Source of the DNA: Ptychomitrium polyphyllum
Taxonomy: Eukaryota
DNA length: 64,000 nt
NCBI GenBank assembly: GCA_973851085.1
Contig: OZ316775.1
Location: 10,478,001-10,542,000 of the forward strand
Reading direction: 5' to 3'
Below, in pieces: positions 1-13,300 of this stretch. Position 1 is the first letter of the stretch. Each line of letters begins with the position of its first letter. The position numbers and the translations under genes were made by a program. The notes below the pieces were generated by a model. That model had not been told where the DNA came from and did no database searches. It saw only the letters and a program-made list of their open reading frames with translations.

Positions 1-220
1 ATATCAACATAACCTTCTACCACAACCCCAAATTATTATACATCTCATCACGTCCTTTGAGAATGTGCATTTCCAACCCTCTTTCAGCCATGTTTCCTTA
101 CAGAATGTCTCATACCTCACATTGCAGACACTCACACAAAACCATTTTACACAAGATAGCTTTCACAACGTAACAAGTCATATCAAAATCATTCCAACGT
201 ACAACACTTCCAGCATGTAG

Positions 221-2330
221 GGCAAGGCCAACATCAATGGCATTCCTGCAAGGTGATTTGAAGAGCAAGGTTGTATTTGTGCATGCTGGTCTGAACATAC
301 CTGTAGACGGTGACCACAACATCCCTGATGACACACTAGCCAGCATCACGTGAAGAAGGGAGCCGAGGTTATGCTTGACAGCCACTTAGGCCGTCCCGAG
401 AAGGGTCCTGAGGATGAGAACAGCTTGAAGCCTGTTGCAGGTAGGCTAGATTGCATTAATGAAAAAAGAAATCCTCTCTATGGTGTCAGAGTCGGATTGC
501 CTCTTTCTGAACCCCTGCAAGATGTAGTAAAATTCATAATACTCCAAACACTCCTCTCTTCCAGATGGATATTTCTGTCATTCAAACTTCAAAGGCACAT
601 TCCTTGTGTTCACTAAAGGTTGAGGGAGTTTGTGTCTTCAACCTCCAACCTCCATGCCTTCATATATTCACTATGACATGCACTTTACAGTCGATTTCTC
701 TTTTTCCAAGGTGCGGGTGAGTTGCTTCAACTTCTAAAAAATGTATGGCATTGTGTGTATCCTCCATGAATTTATACTAAATGCCTAGTGAATTGCAGTT
801 TAAGAAAAGCACCGAGGTTTGACATATTTTGGTTTTGTGAAATGCAGTATTAGCTACCACCTGCAGTTAGAATTAAATTCCAGTACAATAACCGAATCAG
901 TACTAAATTTGTAACAGAATCTGAAATTCACTTTTCGTTCTTTCTGCCATGCAGAGAGGTTATATAAGCTTGCTTGGGCAGACCGGGGAATTGACAGCGT
1001 CAGGCCTCAAGTTGAGACCACGATTGTTGCGTTGAAGGTGTGAATTGAGTATCTTGACTAAGCTCTGTAAATTCGTGATTTATCACTTGAGTGTGATGGT
1101 TGTTTGCTTCAAATAGAATTTTTTAGAGCGTCTATATCGATTCAGATTGTAAACACAATGCTCTTTGAATATACAAAAGGCATTGGAATCAGTAGGTCAC
1201 GTAAGGCTTGACAATAGCTCCAAACTAGAAACTATGAGACTATAAGTATATACTGATTTGAAATCCGGGACGTTTTGAGAAAAATGTGGTGGGGTGCGTC
1301 AATTTTATGGAATGAACTTCGAAAAATCATTAATCAACAAGAAGATCTGAAGTAGGTTTCTCTGAAAATAACATGTGCTTTGTGAAATACATGTTTGTAG
1401 AATTGCTAAGGTCATTCCATCACTTGTCAAGGAAGTAAACATATTGTGAGGACACAAATTTCCTTCCTAATTCTCAAAGCTATTTTTTGATCAGGAGGTG
1501 GACAGGAAGGACGTGTGTTGCTTCAGGAGAACGTCTGTTTCTACAAGGAAGAGGAGAAGATTAACGTTGAATTCTTTACGAAGCTTGCCAAGAACATCGA
1601 CATCTTTATCAACGATGCATTCGGCAGTGCTCACCGTGCTCACTTATCTACAGCCTTTTGTCGCCATTGTATTATCACTTCCTGTAGTGTAATTCCTGTT
1701 ACAATTGATTTTTTCTCAAACAATGTATGCAACAGCGTCCTGAGCTCCCTCGATCAATGGAAAGCAAAGCCTTTCGCATTAGAGTTCGTTACTGATTACA
1801 CTTTCAACAACAAGCGTAAATGTGGCAGATTCCGTTACTCATCAAGTGGGGCTAAAGAGGTGATTACGAGTGCAAAACTTGTAGTTAGCGGTCCATACTT
1901 TCGCTTGTTCCTTAGTTCTGCTTATTCCATAGAATTCTTTGTCCTCTGGTACTCAGGTTGGAGATACCAAGGTCTCATCGAAGATCATCGTTATTGAATC
2001 TTTATAGGGCGTGTGCAACAAGGTCATCTTGGGAGGTGGCATGATCTTCACATTTTTCAAGGCTGGTGGCAAGAATATGGGCGGCTCCATTGTAAAGGAT
2101 GAGAAGATAGACTTGGCAAAGAGCCTCGTACCGATGGCAAAGGAGAAAAGTGTAGAGCTCATCCTTCCTTTTGATGTTAGAGCTGCTGACAAGTTTGCAC
2201 GTGATGCTGGGATTATGCTTCCGACGCACATTGTCATCTCTTAGTGGCTTTATCTCCACAGGATGGATGGGCTTGACTTTGGACAGGGTCAATTAAACAA
2301 TTCGAGGCTGCTTTCAATTTAAACACAGTT
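221..2330 (+). pseudogene. PGK: Phosphoglycerate kinase pseudogene, 5' exons (approx. 221-441, 955-1037, 1496-1651, 1957-2205, 2261-2330)
   Basis: PGK motifs [70 protein letters not shown] and GWMGLD occur in order with GT/AG borders. Frameshifts, internal deletions (e.g. no RIRAAIPTI segment) and an in-frame TAG (~2005) are present. Confidence 0.9.
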
Positions 2331-2401
2331 TTTAGTGCATGGTCACCTCAATACCATTTCGATATCATTCTTTGATTGCAAAGAGACACCGGCAAAGAGT
2401 G

Positions 2402-2428
2402 TTCATGTATTGAATATTTGGGGATGTG
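2402..2428 (+). repeat. 27-bp direct repeat, left copy (TSD-like)
   Basis: ttcatgtattgaatatttggggatgtg is 25/27 identical to 23775-23801. Confidence 0.85.
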
Positions 2429-2739
2429 AAGTGCGCGACGTGCAACGAGTGATCAACTTGTGCCTCTTGTGCATCCGAAACGCAGCAGAGAAGCGCCCCT
2501 CCATGGCTAGAGTTGTATCCATTTTACAGTGCGACACTGAATCCGAGGTGGTAGTACTAGGCGAAGGCACTATGTCCGGCACACTGTCCACCAGATCAGT
2601 GGATCTCAAGGCTGGGCTCGGCAGCGTCTCCGAGAAAGGCAGCCCCTTCAACGGTTCCCGTGCAACAGTCAGCACCTCCCAAAGCAAACCTTGGCTGGCG
2701 GAAGTTGAGAATGGGCTCATAATGAGCTTTGCTGTGTAG
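2429..2739 (+). pseudogene. C-terminal fragment of a receptor-like kinase (subdomain XI plus tail and stop)
   Basis: VQRVINLCLLCIRNAAEKRPSMARVVSILQ matches the RLK/Pelle subdomain XI consensus (xALLCxxxxxxxRPxMxxVVxxL). No upstream kinase subdomains are present. Confidence 0.85.
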
Positions 2740-3688
2740 CTCAGTGAAACCACAGGAAGATAGTGGAATGGGATTCGAGGCCTTGGAATGGCCATGGGTG
2801 CCTGTCTTGAGCTGCTTTGACATACATCTTACAGTGTTTCATTCTTAGCTGTGGATATTTGGAAGAAACATTCTAGCAGAATGTAGGAACCAATCAGCAA
2901 ATAAAACAGAACAGCTGAACATACTTGATCAGCATACCTAACACAGGAGATCAACATAATTCAAGCGTATTGTACAGGTGCGCCTACAGTGGTGTAAGAA
3001 TGTTATGGATTTTTTAGTGGGCACAGTAGTTTAGAACTAACTTACTACAATACATTAGTTGACAAGGAAGTTGGAGAGTTAAGTTTCCTATATTACTTTT
3101 TGAACAAAGACTTTAGAATAAGTTTTATTTTTTTTCCTTTGTTGATTAAAAACTTGGATGGATGACTATCATGTTGTCATAGGCGTGGATTCAATTCTAG
3201 AAATTTATGTCAAAGTTTAATTATACATGTTAACAAAGTGAATTAGGCAAAAAAAATAAAATATAACAATGTAATCTTAAAGGGCCATTAAGCTTTGTCC
3301 ATTAAATAATTCATTTTGAATAAACACAAATTTAAACTTTTCAAAATTTGAAGTATAGATATTTAATGACAAATAACTTGAATATGTGGATGTAATGTTT
3401 CATTATAGAAATCATAAATTTTAGAGGCAAATAATGTAGTGGTGCTTATCAAGCATGTAGATAGTAGCTTATAGTAAAGTGCCGTAGCAAAGTCAATCCA
3501 CAATCAAAATATGAACCAATCCATGATGCCAATACCATGTCATTGTGGAAAAAATGATTATTATATGTCACTGTTATCACAATTCTTTACTATTAAATAA
3601 GAAATAATTAAAAATTAAATTATTTATCAATCTATGCCAAATTTTTAATTTATTTCATTTTAAAACTTGTACACTCAGATCTATAATG

Positions 3689-3982
3689 CTTAGAACATTT
3701 TAGAACCTTCTAGTATATTATAATAACTTCTTAGAATACTTTTAAATGTCTCCATAGCCTTTCCATGTTTTTAAGAAGTTTCCTAGGAAAGTTCCTTTAT
3801 TTTAGAAAACTTCGTAGAAAGGCTCTATTATCTTAGGTAATTTTGCTAAAAAACTTCCTAAGATAACTACATCATCTTAAGAAATTTCCTAGGAAGGTTC
3901 CATCATCTTAATCAATAGCTCTTTGGAAGCTAATTCTTGGAAAACACTTTGTTTCTGCTTCTTGTTTCTTATATCCCTAATA
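3689..3982 (+). repeat. 5' LTR (partial, internally deleted) of the chromovirus
   Basis: Aligns with 9408-9868 (cttagaacatt...gtctccatagcctttccatg...ccctaata) and contains ~33-bp catcatcttag...aggttc subrepeats. It is followed by a PBS-like tggta at ~3986. Confidence 0.75.
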
Positions 3983-6900
3983 GTTTGGTAACATTACTCT
4001 TTATCTTTGTCAGAACTAAAGTTCTTTGAAGAAGATTGTGGATTACCCATCTTTTTTAGGATTCCATAACATCTTAGAGGTTGTGGATTATCCTCCTCTA
4101 AGCTAGCATTATAGAGTTGGTTTCTCTTTTTGGAACCAAGTATTACTTCTTTCAAAGGACGTGAAATAACCTCCTTTGAAGGTACTTATAGTCTTCTTGT
4201 TTTTTACAGTCTTAAGAAATTGATAACGTGCCTGGAACATCAGAGAATAGGTTTGCAACTATTGCAGACCTTGAAGAGTTATTAAACATAGTTCAAACGG
4301 AATACGCTCGCTTCAACACCACCAACAATTTTAAACAACACACTCGGCAAGCCGAAGAATCCAATAGTGATATTCAAAGTCTATATCAAGAAGTTGTTTG
4401 ATTTCGAGAGGCCAATATTAGAAGAAAAGGCTTATGTCGAACCCATGCAAAACCAAAGATTAGCATATCAGACAAGTTTGATGGATTAAGATCAAAATTG
4501 AGAGGCTTTATTCAACAAGTAAGGCTCTTCCTTAGTTTGCATCAATCTTGCTAACCTGATGGCACAACTCAAGTGGAATTTATGGCCACTCTTTTATCAA
4601 ACAATGCACTATCGTGATTTGCACCATTAATAGAAAAGCAGTCACCATTATTGAATAACTTAGATGTTTTCATAGAAGCATTGACATCTATTTTTGGAGA
4701 CACCAATAAAGAGAAAGTGGCTAAGACAAGGATTCAAAATCTACAACAATGACAACGCTCAGCTGCTACATATGCCGTACAGTTTTGATAATTAGCTTGC
4801 AACCTTGATTGAAATGATAAGGCTTTAGTCACATGATTCCGATGGGGCTTAAGAGAGAATGTGAAGGACTTGCTATTCACAATGCTAAGAGCTGAAGTAT
4901 TTGACAAATTCATCACTCAAGCAATAGCATGTGACAATAGACTATTTGAGAGTTGCCAAAAACAACTCTTGGGATGGCGACCACTACATCAAAGCATGTC
5001 TACTACTTCTTTAAGAGTATTAGAAAGTCGACTACAAGAACTAGAACCTATGTAAATTGATGCTGCTTAATTTAGACGTTTGATTCCAGAAGAAAAAGAA
5101 AGGCATCGAAGAGGAAACTTATATTTGTATTATGGCAAGTCTGGATATAAAGTGCAAAATTGCCAAATCAAAGAATCTGCCTTTAAAGCTCAAAGCACAA
5201 TGGTGGAGTTGAAAAACGAGGCTGTCCAGTCACAGTAGGGACCATGCGACTAGACACTACAAGGAAACAACCATTAAATCAAGGTCTCTTACTACCTTCA
5301 AGTCCAATCTCTTGCTTTACATTTCCTATCAAAATTAAATTATTAGATGATGAAATAGTTAATGAGGCTCTATTAGACACTGGTACAACGGCATGTTTCA
5401 TGGACAAAGATTTTGCAACCAAACATCACATGGTGCTTGTGAACAAAAAACACCCCGCACTTGTTGAAATTATTGATGGACGATTTCTTGCATCTAGCAA
5501 TGTTATTGAAGAAACTCAACCTTTTAAGGTTGTTTTGAGGGACCATACATTTAAGATTGTATTCAACGTCATTCAGTGCCGAACAAATTCTATTGTTTTG
5601 GGCCTTCCGTAGTTTGAATTACATAATCTAGACATTGATTAGCGTTCACGGAATGTGGTCTCAAGAAAAAGACGTCAAGGTACAAGAAATCTTGGACCAT
5701 CATTTATTAGAGCTAAGGCATTTATAAGAGCGGAAAAAGATGAACCAATCTATGCCATTTATGCCACATCAATATCTAGCTCTATAATAGAGACTAATCT
5801 AAACATATTTTGTTAATATCAAGATTATAAAGATGTTTTTGAAAAGAATAATGCGGACATATTACCAAAGCATCGGCTTTACAATTGTACCATTGAATTG
5901 CAAGAAGGAGCCCAATTACGTTTTGGACCTATTTATAACTTATCACAAACCAAGTTGACTGCCTTGAAAGAATATATTGATGAAAACCTGGGAAAAGGTT
6001 TCATTCAACACTCTAAATCATCAGCTAGAGCATCCATTTTATTTATAAAGAAGAAAGATGGATCATTATATATGTGCGTGGATTATTGACACCTCAATAC
6101 AGTAACAAAACAAAATTGCTATTCATTACCATTAATCTCAGGACTCCAACGACTTGGCCAAGCAAAAATATTTACCAAAATTGATCTTAGAGGAGCTTAC
6201 AATCTTGTACGCATCAAAGAAAGAGACGAATGGAAGACAACTTTTCGATCTAAGTATGATCATTTTGAATACAATGTCATTCCTTTTGGCCTTACTAATG
6301 CCCCTGTAGTCTTCCAATACATGATGAATGATATCTTCCATGAACATTTGGACAATTTTGTAATTATCTATTTAAATGACATTTTGATATATTCAAAGGA
6401 TGAACAAGACCACAAATGTCATATACCATTGGTTTTAGAAAAACTACGCCAGCGAGGATCATATGCCAAATTGAAAAAATGCCTTTTACATGAATCCTCA
6501 GTTGAATTTTTAGGCTACATCATTTCCAAAGGAGGAATCCATATGGATAAGAAGAAAATAAGCATTGTCATGGACTGAAGTACGCCAAGATCAATTTGAG
6601 ATGTTCAATGTTTCTTGAGATTTGCAAATTTTTACAGGATATTTATCAAGGATTATTTCAAGATTGCAGCACCTTTAATATGTTTTACGGAAAAGCAAAA
6701 ATTCACTTGGAAAGAAGAGGGAGAAAAAGCATTTCAAAGTCTCACGAAGTCATTCGTGTTGGCTCCAATCCTTATTCATCCAAATCCATTAAAGCCTTTC
6801 TATTTGGAAGCGGATGCCTTAGATTTTGCGCTTGGCTCAGTACTCTCACAATATGATGAAGACGGGCGACTTCACCTTCTTGCTCTTCGTTCAAAGAAGT

Positions 6901-9407
6901 TCTTAGCAGCAGAGATCAATTATAATATACATGATAAAGATCTACTTGCAATTGTGGATGCACTTGAGGAATGACAAACACTTGTTGGAAAGAGCTCAAT
7001 ATACCATCACGATATACATAGACCACAAGAACTTGGAGTATTTCATGAGTGCGCACGTTCTAAATTGCCGTCAAGCAAGGTGGAGTATGTCGCTTTCCAG
7101 ATTTGACTTTGTCATTACCTATTGACCTAGTAGCCTACAAGATAAGCCAGATGCCTTATTTTGAAGACCTTATTTACCTCTTCAACCTAGAAATGATGTT
7201 TTAAACCAACAAAGGATTATTTTATTGAAGCCAGAGAATCTTCAATTGAAAGCAGCAATTATTACTACAAGATCCTATCTTGATAAAATTTGGAAGGCTT
7301 TAAAGAATAATGTCTTTGTTTCAAATATAAAGAAGCGCCTCAAAAACAATGAAGATCCTTCAAATAGCGATGAGGACTTTGAATTCCAGGAGGGCTTACT
7401 TTATTATAAAGGACTTTTGTACCACCTTTAGGCCCTTTGCGGTTGAAGATCCTTCAAGCACGTCATGATTTTCTAGTAGCAGGACATTTTGAATTTAATG
7501 AATCAATGGAATTGATTGCTAGAGACTATTACTGGCCACAAATGTGGAAGAATATAAAGGACTTTGTTTAATCATACGACATTTGTACAAGAACCAAGGT
7601 ACCAAGACACCAACTTCGTGGTCTCTTCCATCTGCTTTCAATGCCAAAGGGCCCATGGTTGTTTTTGTCAATGGATTTTATAACAGAACTTCTAAATTCC
7701 AATTCTAAGGATTTTATTTTAATAGTGGTGGATTGATTTATCAAAATGGCACATTTCATTCCATGCAACAAGACGGTAACGGGAAAAGAAACTGCGAAGT
7801 TGTTTCTAAATCAAGTCTACTGAATACATGGACTACCATATGATATCGTATCCGATCGAGGGTCGCAATTCATTTCCAACTTTTGGAGAGCTCTATTCCA
7901 GCTATTGCACGTGAAAATCAACTTTTTTTCAGCACACCATCTGCAAACTGATGGTTAAACCAAACGTGTAAATTAAAATTTTAGAGCAGTACCTTTGTTG
8001 TAGCATAAACTACCAGCAAGACAATTGGATGGACCTCTTGCCTTTGATAGAGTTTGCTTACCATAATACAATGCATTTTTCAACTATTCAAAGTCCATTC
8101 TTTGCACACTATGGCTGTTATCCTCAAGTAGATTCAATTTAAGTAAAGCATGTTGGAAATCCTGCACTGGAGGATTTTGCAATTCAACTTGCTAAAATCC
8201 ATCAAGAACTTACCTTCTACTTACAACAAGCTCAAGATCGTTACAAAACTTATGCAGATTGCCATTGGAAGGACCAATTCAAAATTCAAGGTTGGAAATA
8301 GCGTATGGCTTTTATGACAAAATATACAAATAGAAAGACCATCAAAGAAGTTGGACTATCAAAGGTTGGGACTGTTTGAAATTAGCAAATAGATAAATCC
8401 AATTAATTATTGCCTAGAGCTACCACCAAGCATGCAAATTCATCTAGTGTTTCACGTATTGTTGTTGGAAATTTATAACAAATCATGTATACAAGAGAGA
8501 ATTGTCCATTCGCCTCCTTCGCTAGAAATCAATAATGAAATTGAATATGAAGTGGAAGAGATCTTAAATTCACGCATCAAAAACAAATGTGTGGAGTGTT
8601 TTAAACATTGGCAAGGATATGGCATCAATGACCAAACATGGGAACTTTCAACAAATGTAACAAATGCATCCAAGAAGGTACGCAAATTTCATCAAAGATA
8701 TCTTCAGAAACCAAGTCAGTGATGACGTGTCATCAGTAGCCATTAGCTTCACAGAGAAGTTTTTCCTTCATAGATAAGTATAAGAAGGAAGGAGAGATAT
8801 CCAAACCTCCAATTGTATGCAACATTATTTCCAAGATAGATCATTTTTAGATCTTAGCTAGTATGTCAAATTTTTATATTATCATGGATATGAGTGAAGA
8901 GCAGTTGGCCATGCCTTCATTAAAAATAGCATCTATTGAGCCAACTCAACTTTCTCAACCCTTGGTAACGGAGGATCTAAGCCAAGATATGAGAGGGACA
9001 TTCCAACGTCGAGTACGACCTTGTACAGAAGTATTGGCTAGTTGCCCTTCACATTTTAGTCTTGATTCAGATGCTTGCGCTCTAGTCATTTTGTTAGAAA
9101 TTGGAAGAGTCACTCTTGGAGGACCTAAAATCTTGTTTGGAAGATGTTTTGAAGGACTTAATCAAGATCAGATCTTGAGATGGGACATTTTAACAACAGA
9201 AGTCTTGGTTGGTGGTTATTGGCATTTTTTGTAATGACCAGTTAAATCAATGAACAAAGAACAAAGAGTAGAATATGTTGCTTCATTCCTTTGATAAATT
9301 TTAGAATTTGTAAAAATGTGACAAACAAGCCAAGCTAAAGAGCTCTTCATGGAACTTGTCGCTAATTGGAAAAGTGATGCCACAGATATAGATCATGCAA
9401 CATAGTC

Positions 9408-9868
9408 CTTAGAACATTCTAGAACCTTCTAATATACTATAATAGTTTCTTAGAATATTTTTAAATGTCTCCATAGCCTTTCCATGTTTTTAAGAAGCTT
9501 CGTGGAAAAGTTCCTCCACTTTGAAAAACTTCCTACAAAGGCTCCATCATCTCAAGAAATTTCCTTGGAAACTTCCTAGGAAGCTTCCATCATCTTAGGA
9601 AACTTCTATAGAAGGTTCCTTAGACTTCTAGAACATTCTTAAGCCTTGTAGGAAGCTTCTTTAGAAGTATTCTAAGAGCTACAAGCATTATAGTATAAAT
9701 AGGAGGCAAGACAAGGTATTCCTTAGTCTTGCCAATACAAGTTGTGGATCATCTTGAATCGTGCCTTGTTCTAGTCCTTGTATCAAGTTCTTGTTAATCA
9801 TTAGCTCTTTGGAAGCAAATTCTTAGGAAACAATTCGTTTCTGCTTCTTATTTCTTGTGTCCCTAATA
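9408..9868 (+). repeat. 3' LTR of the chromovirus
   Basis: Homologous to 3689-3982. Retains a tataaata box (~9694) within a ~170-bp block missing from the 5' copy. Confidence 0.75.
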
Positions 9869-9869
9869 C

Positions 9870-10069
9870 ATGGAGGAATGTGAGGCTTTGGAGGAGTTTT
9901 TAAGTGGATTGACAAATTTGGTTGCTTTGGAGGAATTGTATTTTCCTAAGTGCAAGAAAATGAAGAACTTGCCAAAGGGAATTGGAGGCTTATCATGCTT
10001 AAAGAAGCTATACATGGAAGAATGTGAGGCCTTGGAAGAGTTTCCACGTGGATTGGCAAATTTGGCTGT
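9870..10069 (+). pseudogene. Isolated NLR-type leucine-rich-repeat fragment
   Basis: MEECEALEEFLSGLTNLVALEELYFPKCKKMKNLPKGIGGLSCLKKLYMEECEALEEFPRGLANL shows LxxLxLxxCxxLxxLP 24-aa periodicity. It is cut on both sides by LTRs. Confidence 0.8.
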
Positions 10070-10383
10070 TGTTATCAAGCTACCAGGTATTATATATATG
10101 ATATTACCGTACTTTCTCTACCAATCTCTCCCTATCGTTACTACCAGACATCCTCCAACGGTAACAATTGGATGATAAGAAGTAATCTATTAGTTTAGTC
10201 AAACAAATATAAATCTACTTTTGTAGATTCTTGGATCTAGTACTCAAACCTTCAACTAAGAGAGTTGAAGGCGTATTGTATTCTATTTTCTTCCAATGAA
10301 ATAAGTTACACGCTCCATTCTTTTTCTTTATTAATTTGTCTTTGAGTGTATATTTATATGCAAGCTTATTATCTACTTTAATA
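10070..10383 (+). repeat. 5' LTR of the second Gypsy element
   Basis: Colinear with 18293-18589. The mirrored minus-strand ORFs 10215-10469 and 18376-18585 share NLFHWKK..YNTPSTLLVEGLS. Confidence 0.9.
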
Positions 10384-13300
10384 TTTGGCGACCATTTAGT
10401 GTTTCGAATTAGGTTCTCTATTTTTGCATCATTCTTTTCATCATAGTATTTTCTTCTTCTATTCTCCACTATATTTTCTTCTCAGATTATTCCATGCACT
10501 ATACGCTTCCAATTCTATGAGCTGCCCACATATCCGTGCACAAGGACTCTACCTCCTATAGAACTTACTTCCTCCCAACATACCAATTTCCACCTAGTAC
10601 GTACTTTTTGTTTCCTTGATCTTCCATTTTCTACCCTTCCCCATTCTTCCTTCTCTCAAATCGTATAGATGGATCCACTACTCCATATTCAACGTCCTCA
10701 AACGGATAAAAATAATTTCCATCTTCATTTCCCTCCCTGTCCTCACTTTACTCACCTATTGAACCCACCCGGTAGTCAGTATTCTACACACACCCTACTC
10801 AATCTTTGAAATAACTTCTCATTCCTATAGGAACACGTTTGTGAATTTAGTGCCGCATCACAAATACCACTCAATTAATGGATACAAGATGACAGTTTTG
10901 TCTTAGTACAAATACCACCTTCTCTAGCCATACTACCACCACCAACCGTATCATTTTCTTTGCAGGAATTTACAGTTAATCCAACTCTCCATTTTTTTTC
11001 TATACCACATCCAGACGACACTTTTAATAGTCCTCCTACCAATCCCTTCTCTACTATCGCTAATTTTCCATTCTCAAACCACGACTTTAATGTCTTCTAC
11101 TCTTGAAAATTATCAAATACCGACACAATTTTTCTACACTATTTTCCTTCTTGTCATTATCTCACTTCCTTTTCCAAATCAACCTGATACCACTCAATCC
11201 GTAGACCACTCAATCCGTAGACCACCCAATAGTTCCACCTTCATCCACAATATTATTTATAGTCCACCTTCTTATAAGAAAAGCCCTATCCTATCTAACC
11301 TACCAAACTGAAAAATGTCATGAACATCATTGTCAAAAGTTCTTATCAGCACTTACTTTTAATAGTGAAACTAATATTTTGGTTCAACTCAAATTGTTTG
11401 GTAGAACCCTCACTGACAAAGAATCTACCTGGTTCACTTTCCATTGCATTCAATTTCCTCATGAGATTCTAGATCCTTGCCTTCAAAAAACGCTATCAGT
11501 TAATTAAAATTGATGATCAAACCTATATTCACTTTTGTGCTATGCGCCAAAAATCCTCCAAATCGATAGAATGGTTTTAGAATTAGCCGCAAACCTAATT
11601 AATCCACTTGATGACACATTCATGCTCAGCACCTTCTGCGCGAAACTTCGAGAACACATTCAAGTCGCCACTGTTGGACTTTCAAGGAACACCTTTATCA
11701 AAGTTGTTTGGTCCGCTCAACTCGCCAAAGAAAGACTTCCTAAACCTTACCTACACCTCCCTCGTCCGTCCAATTGATCCTACCCTCTCCTTCAACCTTG
11801 TATTGATTGTAATTGCTTAAACCACACTTGGGACTCTTATTACAAGAATCTTGAAAGTAACTATGCAAAACAACGCCAACCACCTCCTGGGGTTCATTAG
11901 GTCGACTTGCTATCAAGTTCTATCCCTACCGATACTTGTTGACCATAGAGACTGACCCAACGCTATTCCTGTCATGTATGCGGCTCCATAGATCATCCGG
12001 GTCATCAATGCCCTCTTTTCCAAGATGATGAAGTCAAATGCCTCATATACAGGAAGAAAGAGGAACTCGCCAAAATCCAAGCACCTCTAGATGTCAATAC
12101 AATCGGATTTTGTCATATTGGCTCGGTAACTTGCAGCCACATAGTCCCTTTGGACATCCCACTACCAAGACCATCAACAAATCTCGACTAGCAGACTACG
12201 GAGAAAATCCGCAACCACATTATCTGCACCGTTCAAGAGCTTCAAAGTGATTCTACATCCACCATCAAACCTCCCCAACTTACTAGTCCAACACTCTCCG
12301 CTGTACAATGGGTATGTACACAACTCTAAACACATACTATTTCTATTTCATTACAAGAGCTTATTGACTTATCTCCAAGACTAACCACCCATCTTTAGCA
12401 GCATCTGCATCCAGTAATCCTATTGAACCTGCCCTTTCAATACCTGTAGCCACAATTATAGCAGTATATTGCCACATGCGAGTGATATCACTTCTAGTGG
12501 GCAAATAAATGGTCACCGATGTTTTCATCAATGGAGGATCAAGAGTCAACATTATCACCAAGCACAAACACCTCCGCTTGGGTCTTTTGGCTCCCTTGCC
12601 AGGCCCGTATAAGCTACATATGGCAGACGGTTCACTTGTCCAATCTATCAGTATTTTGCAAAATATCAAAATTCACATTCATGTTGTACCCTATAGTATC
12701 ATCCTTAGTATCATCACCTATAAGGATATCCAATCCACCTATTCCATTCTTCCTGGTAAACCTTGGTCAAGTTATCCATGATTGGGCAAATAATGAAATC
12801 AAAATTATAGGTAATAGAATGGTCAAAACCATCCTAGTTCAGCGGGAACTTGGTCTTGAAGCTACTACACTCGATGTTTTAGTATCCTATAACTTTTTCC
12901 AAGGCCTTATCAATGAAAAAGAGGATATACTATTGGCATCCAAAGAACACCTTCATCCAATTGGTACCTTTATCCTTTCCAACCTACATAATTCCTCTCC
13001 ATTCGATAATCCATTTACGGTCATTCCTCATAGCTCAAGTTCTATACCAATTGATGCTACACCAATCAAGGATACCTTAGATTGTTACAAGGTTGCTAAA
13101 TGGAATACTACCAAAGAATTCCAATTTTGCCTTTTAAACCTCGATACTACCGAGAACCCGTCTACCATCAAGATTAATACTGACATTCTAGACCAACTAG
13201 CGACTCAGGCTAAAGACTTATTTTGCAAATTTAAAGATGTCTTTGCATGTACTTATATAGATTTAATAGGGATACTAGCTCATATTGCCCAGCATTTTAT

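Larger units (their letters stand above)
3689..9868 (+). mobile_element. Degenerate Ty3/Gypsy chromovirus LTR retrotransposon (Tcn1-like)
   Basis: Order is gag (decayed Zn knuckle LYLYYGKSGYKVQNC), protease ALLDTGT, RT (YLNDILIYS), RNase H (YLEADALD), integrase, chromodomain (EYEVEEILNSR...KHWQGY). Paired LTR-like repeats flank it. Many stops. Lineage assignment is inferred from the chromodomain and host type. Confidence 0.9.

Noticed and set aside
3770..3910. ~33-bp repeats resembling a CRISPR-like array (also 9500-9680)
   Set aside because: Degenerate tandem subrepeats inside LTRs, with no unique spacers, in a eukaryotic context.
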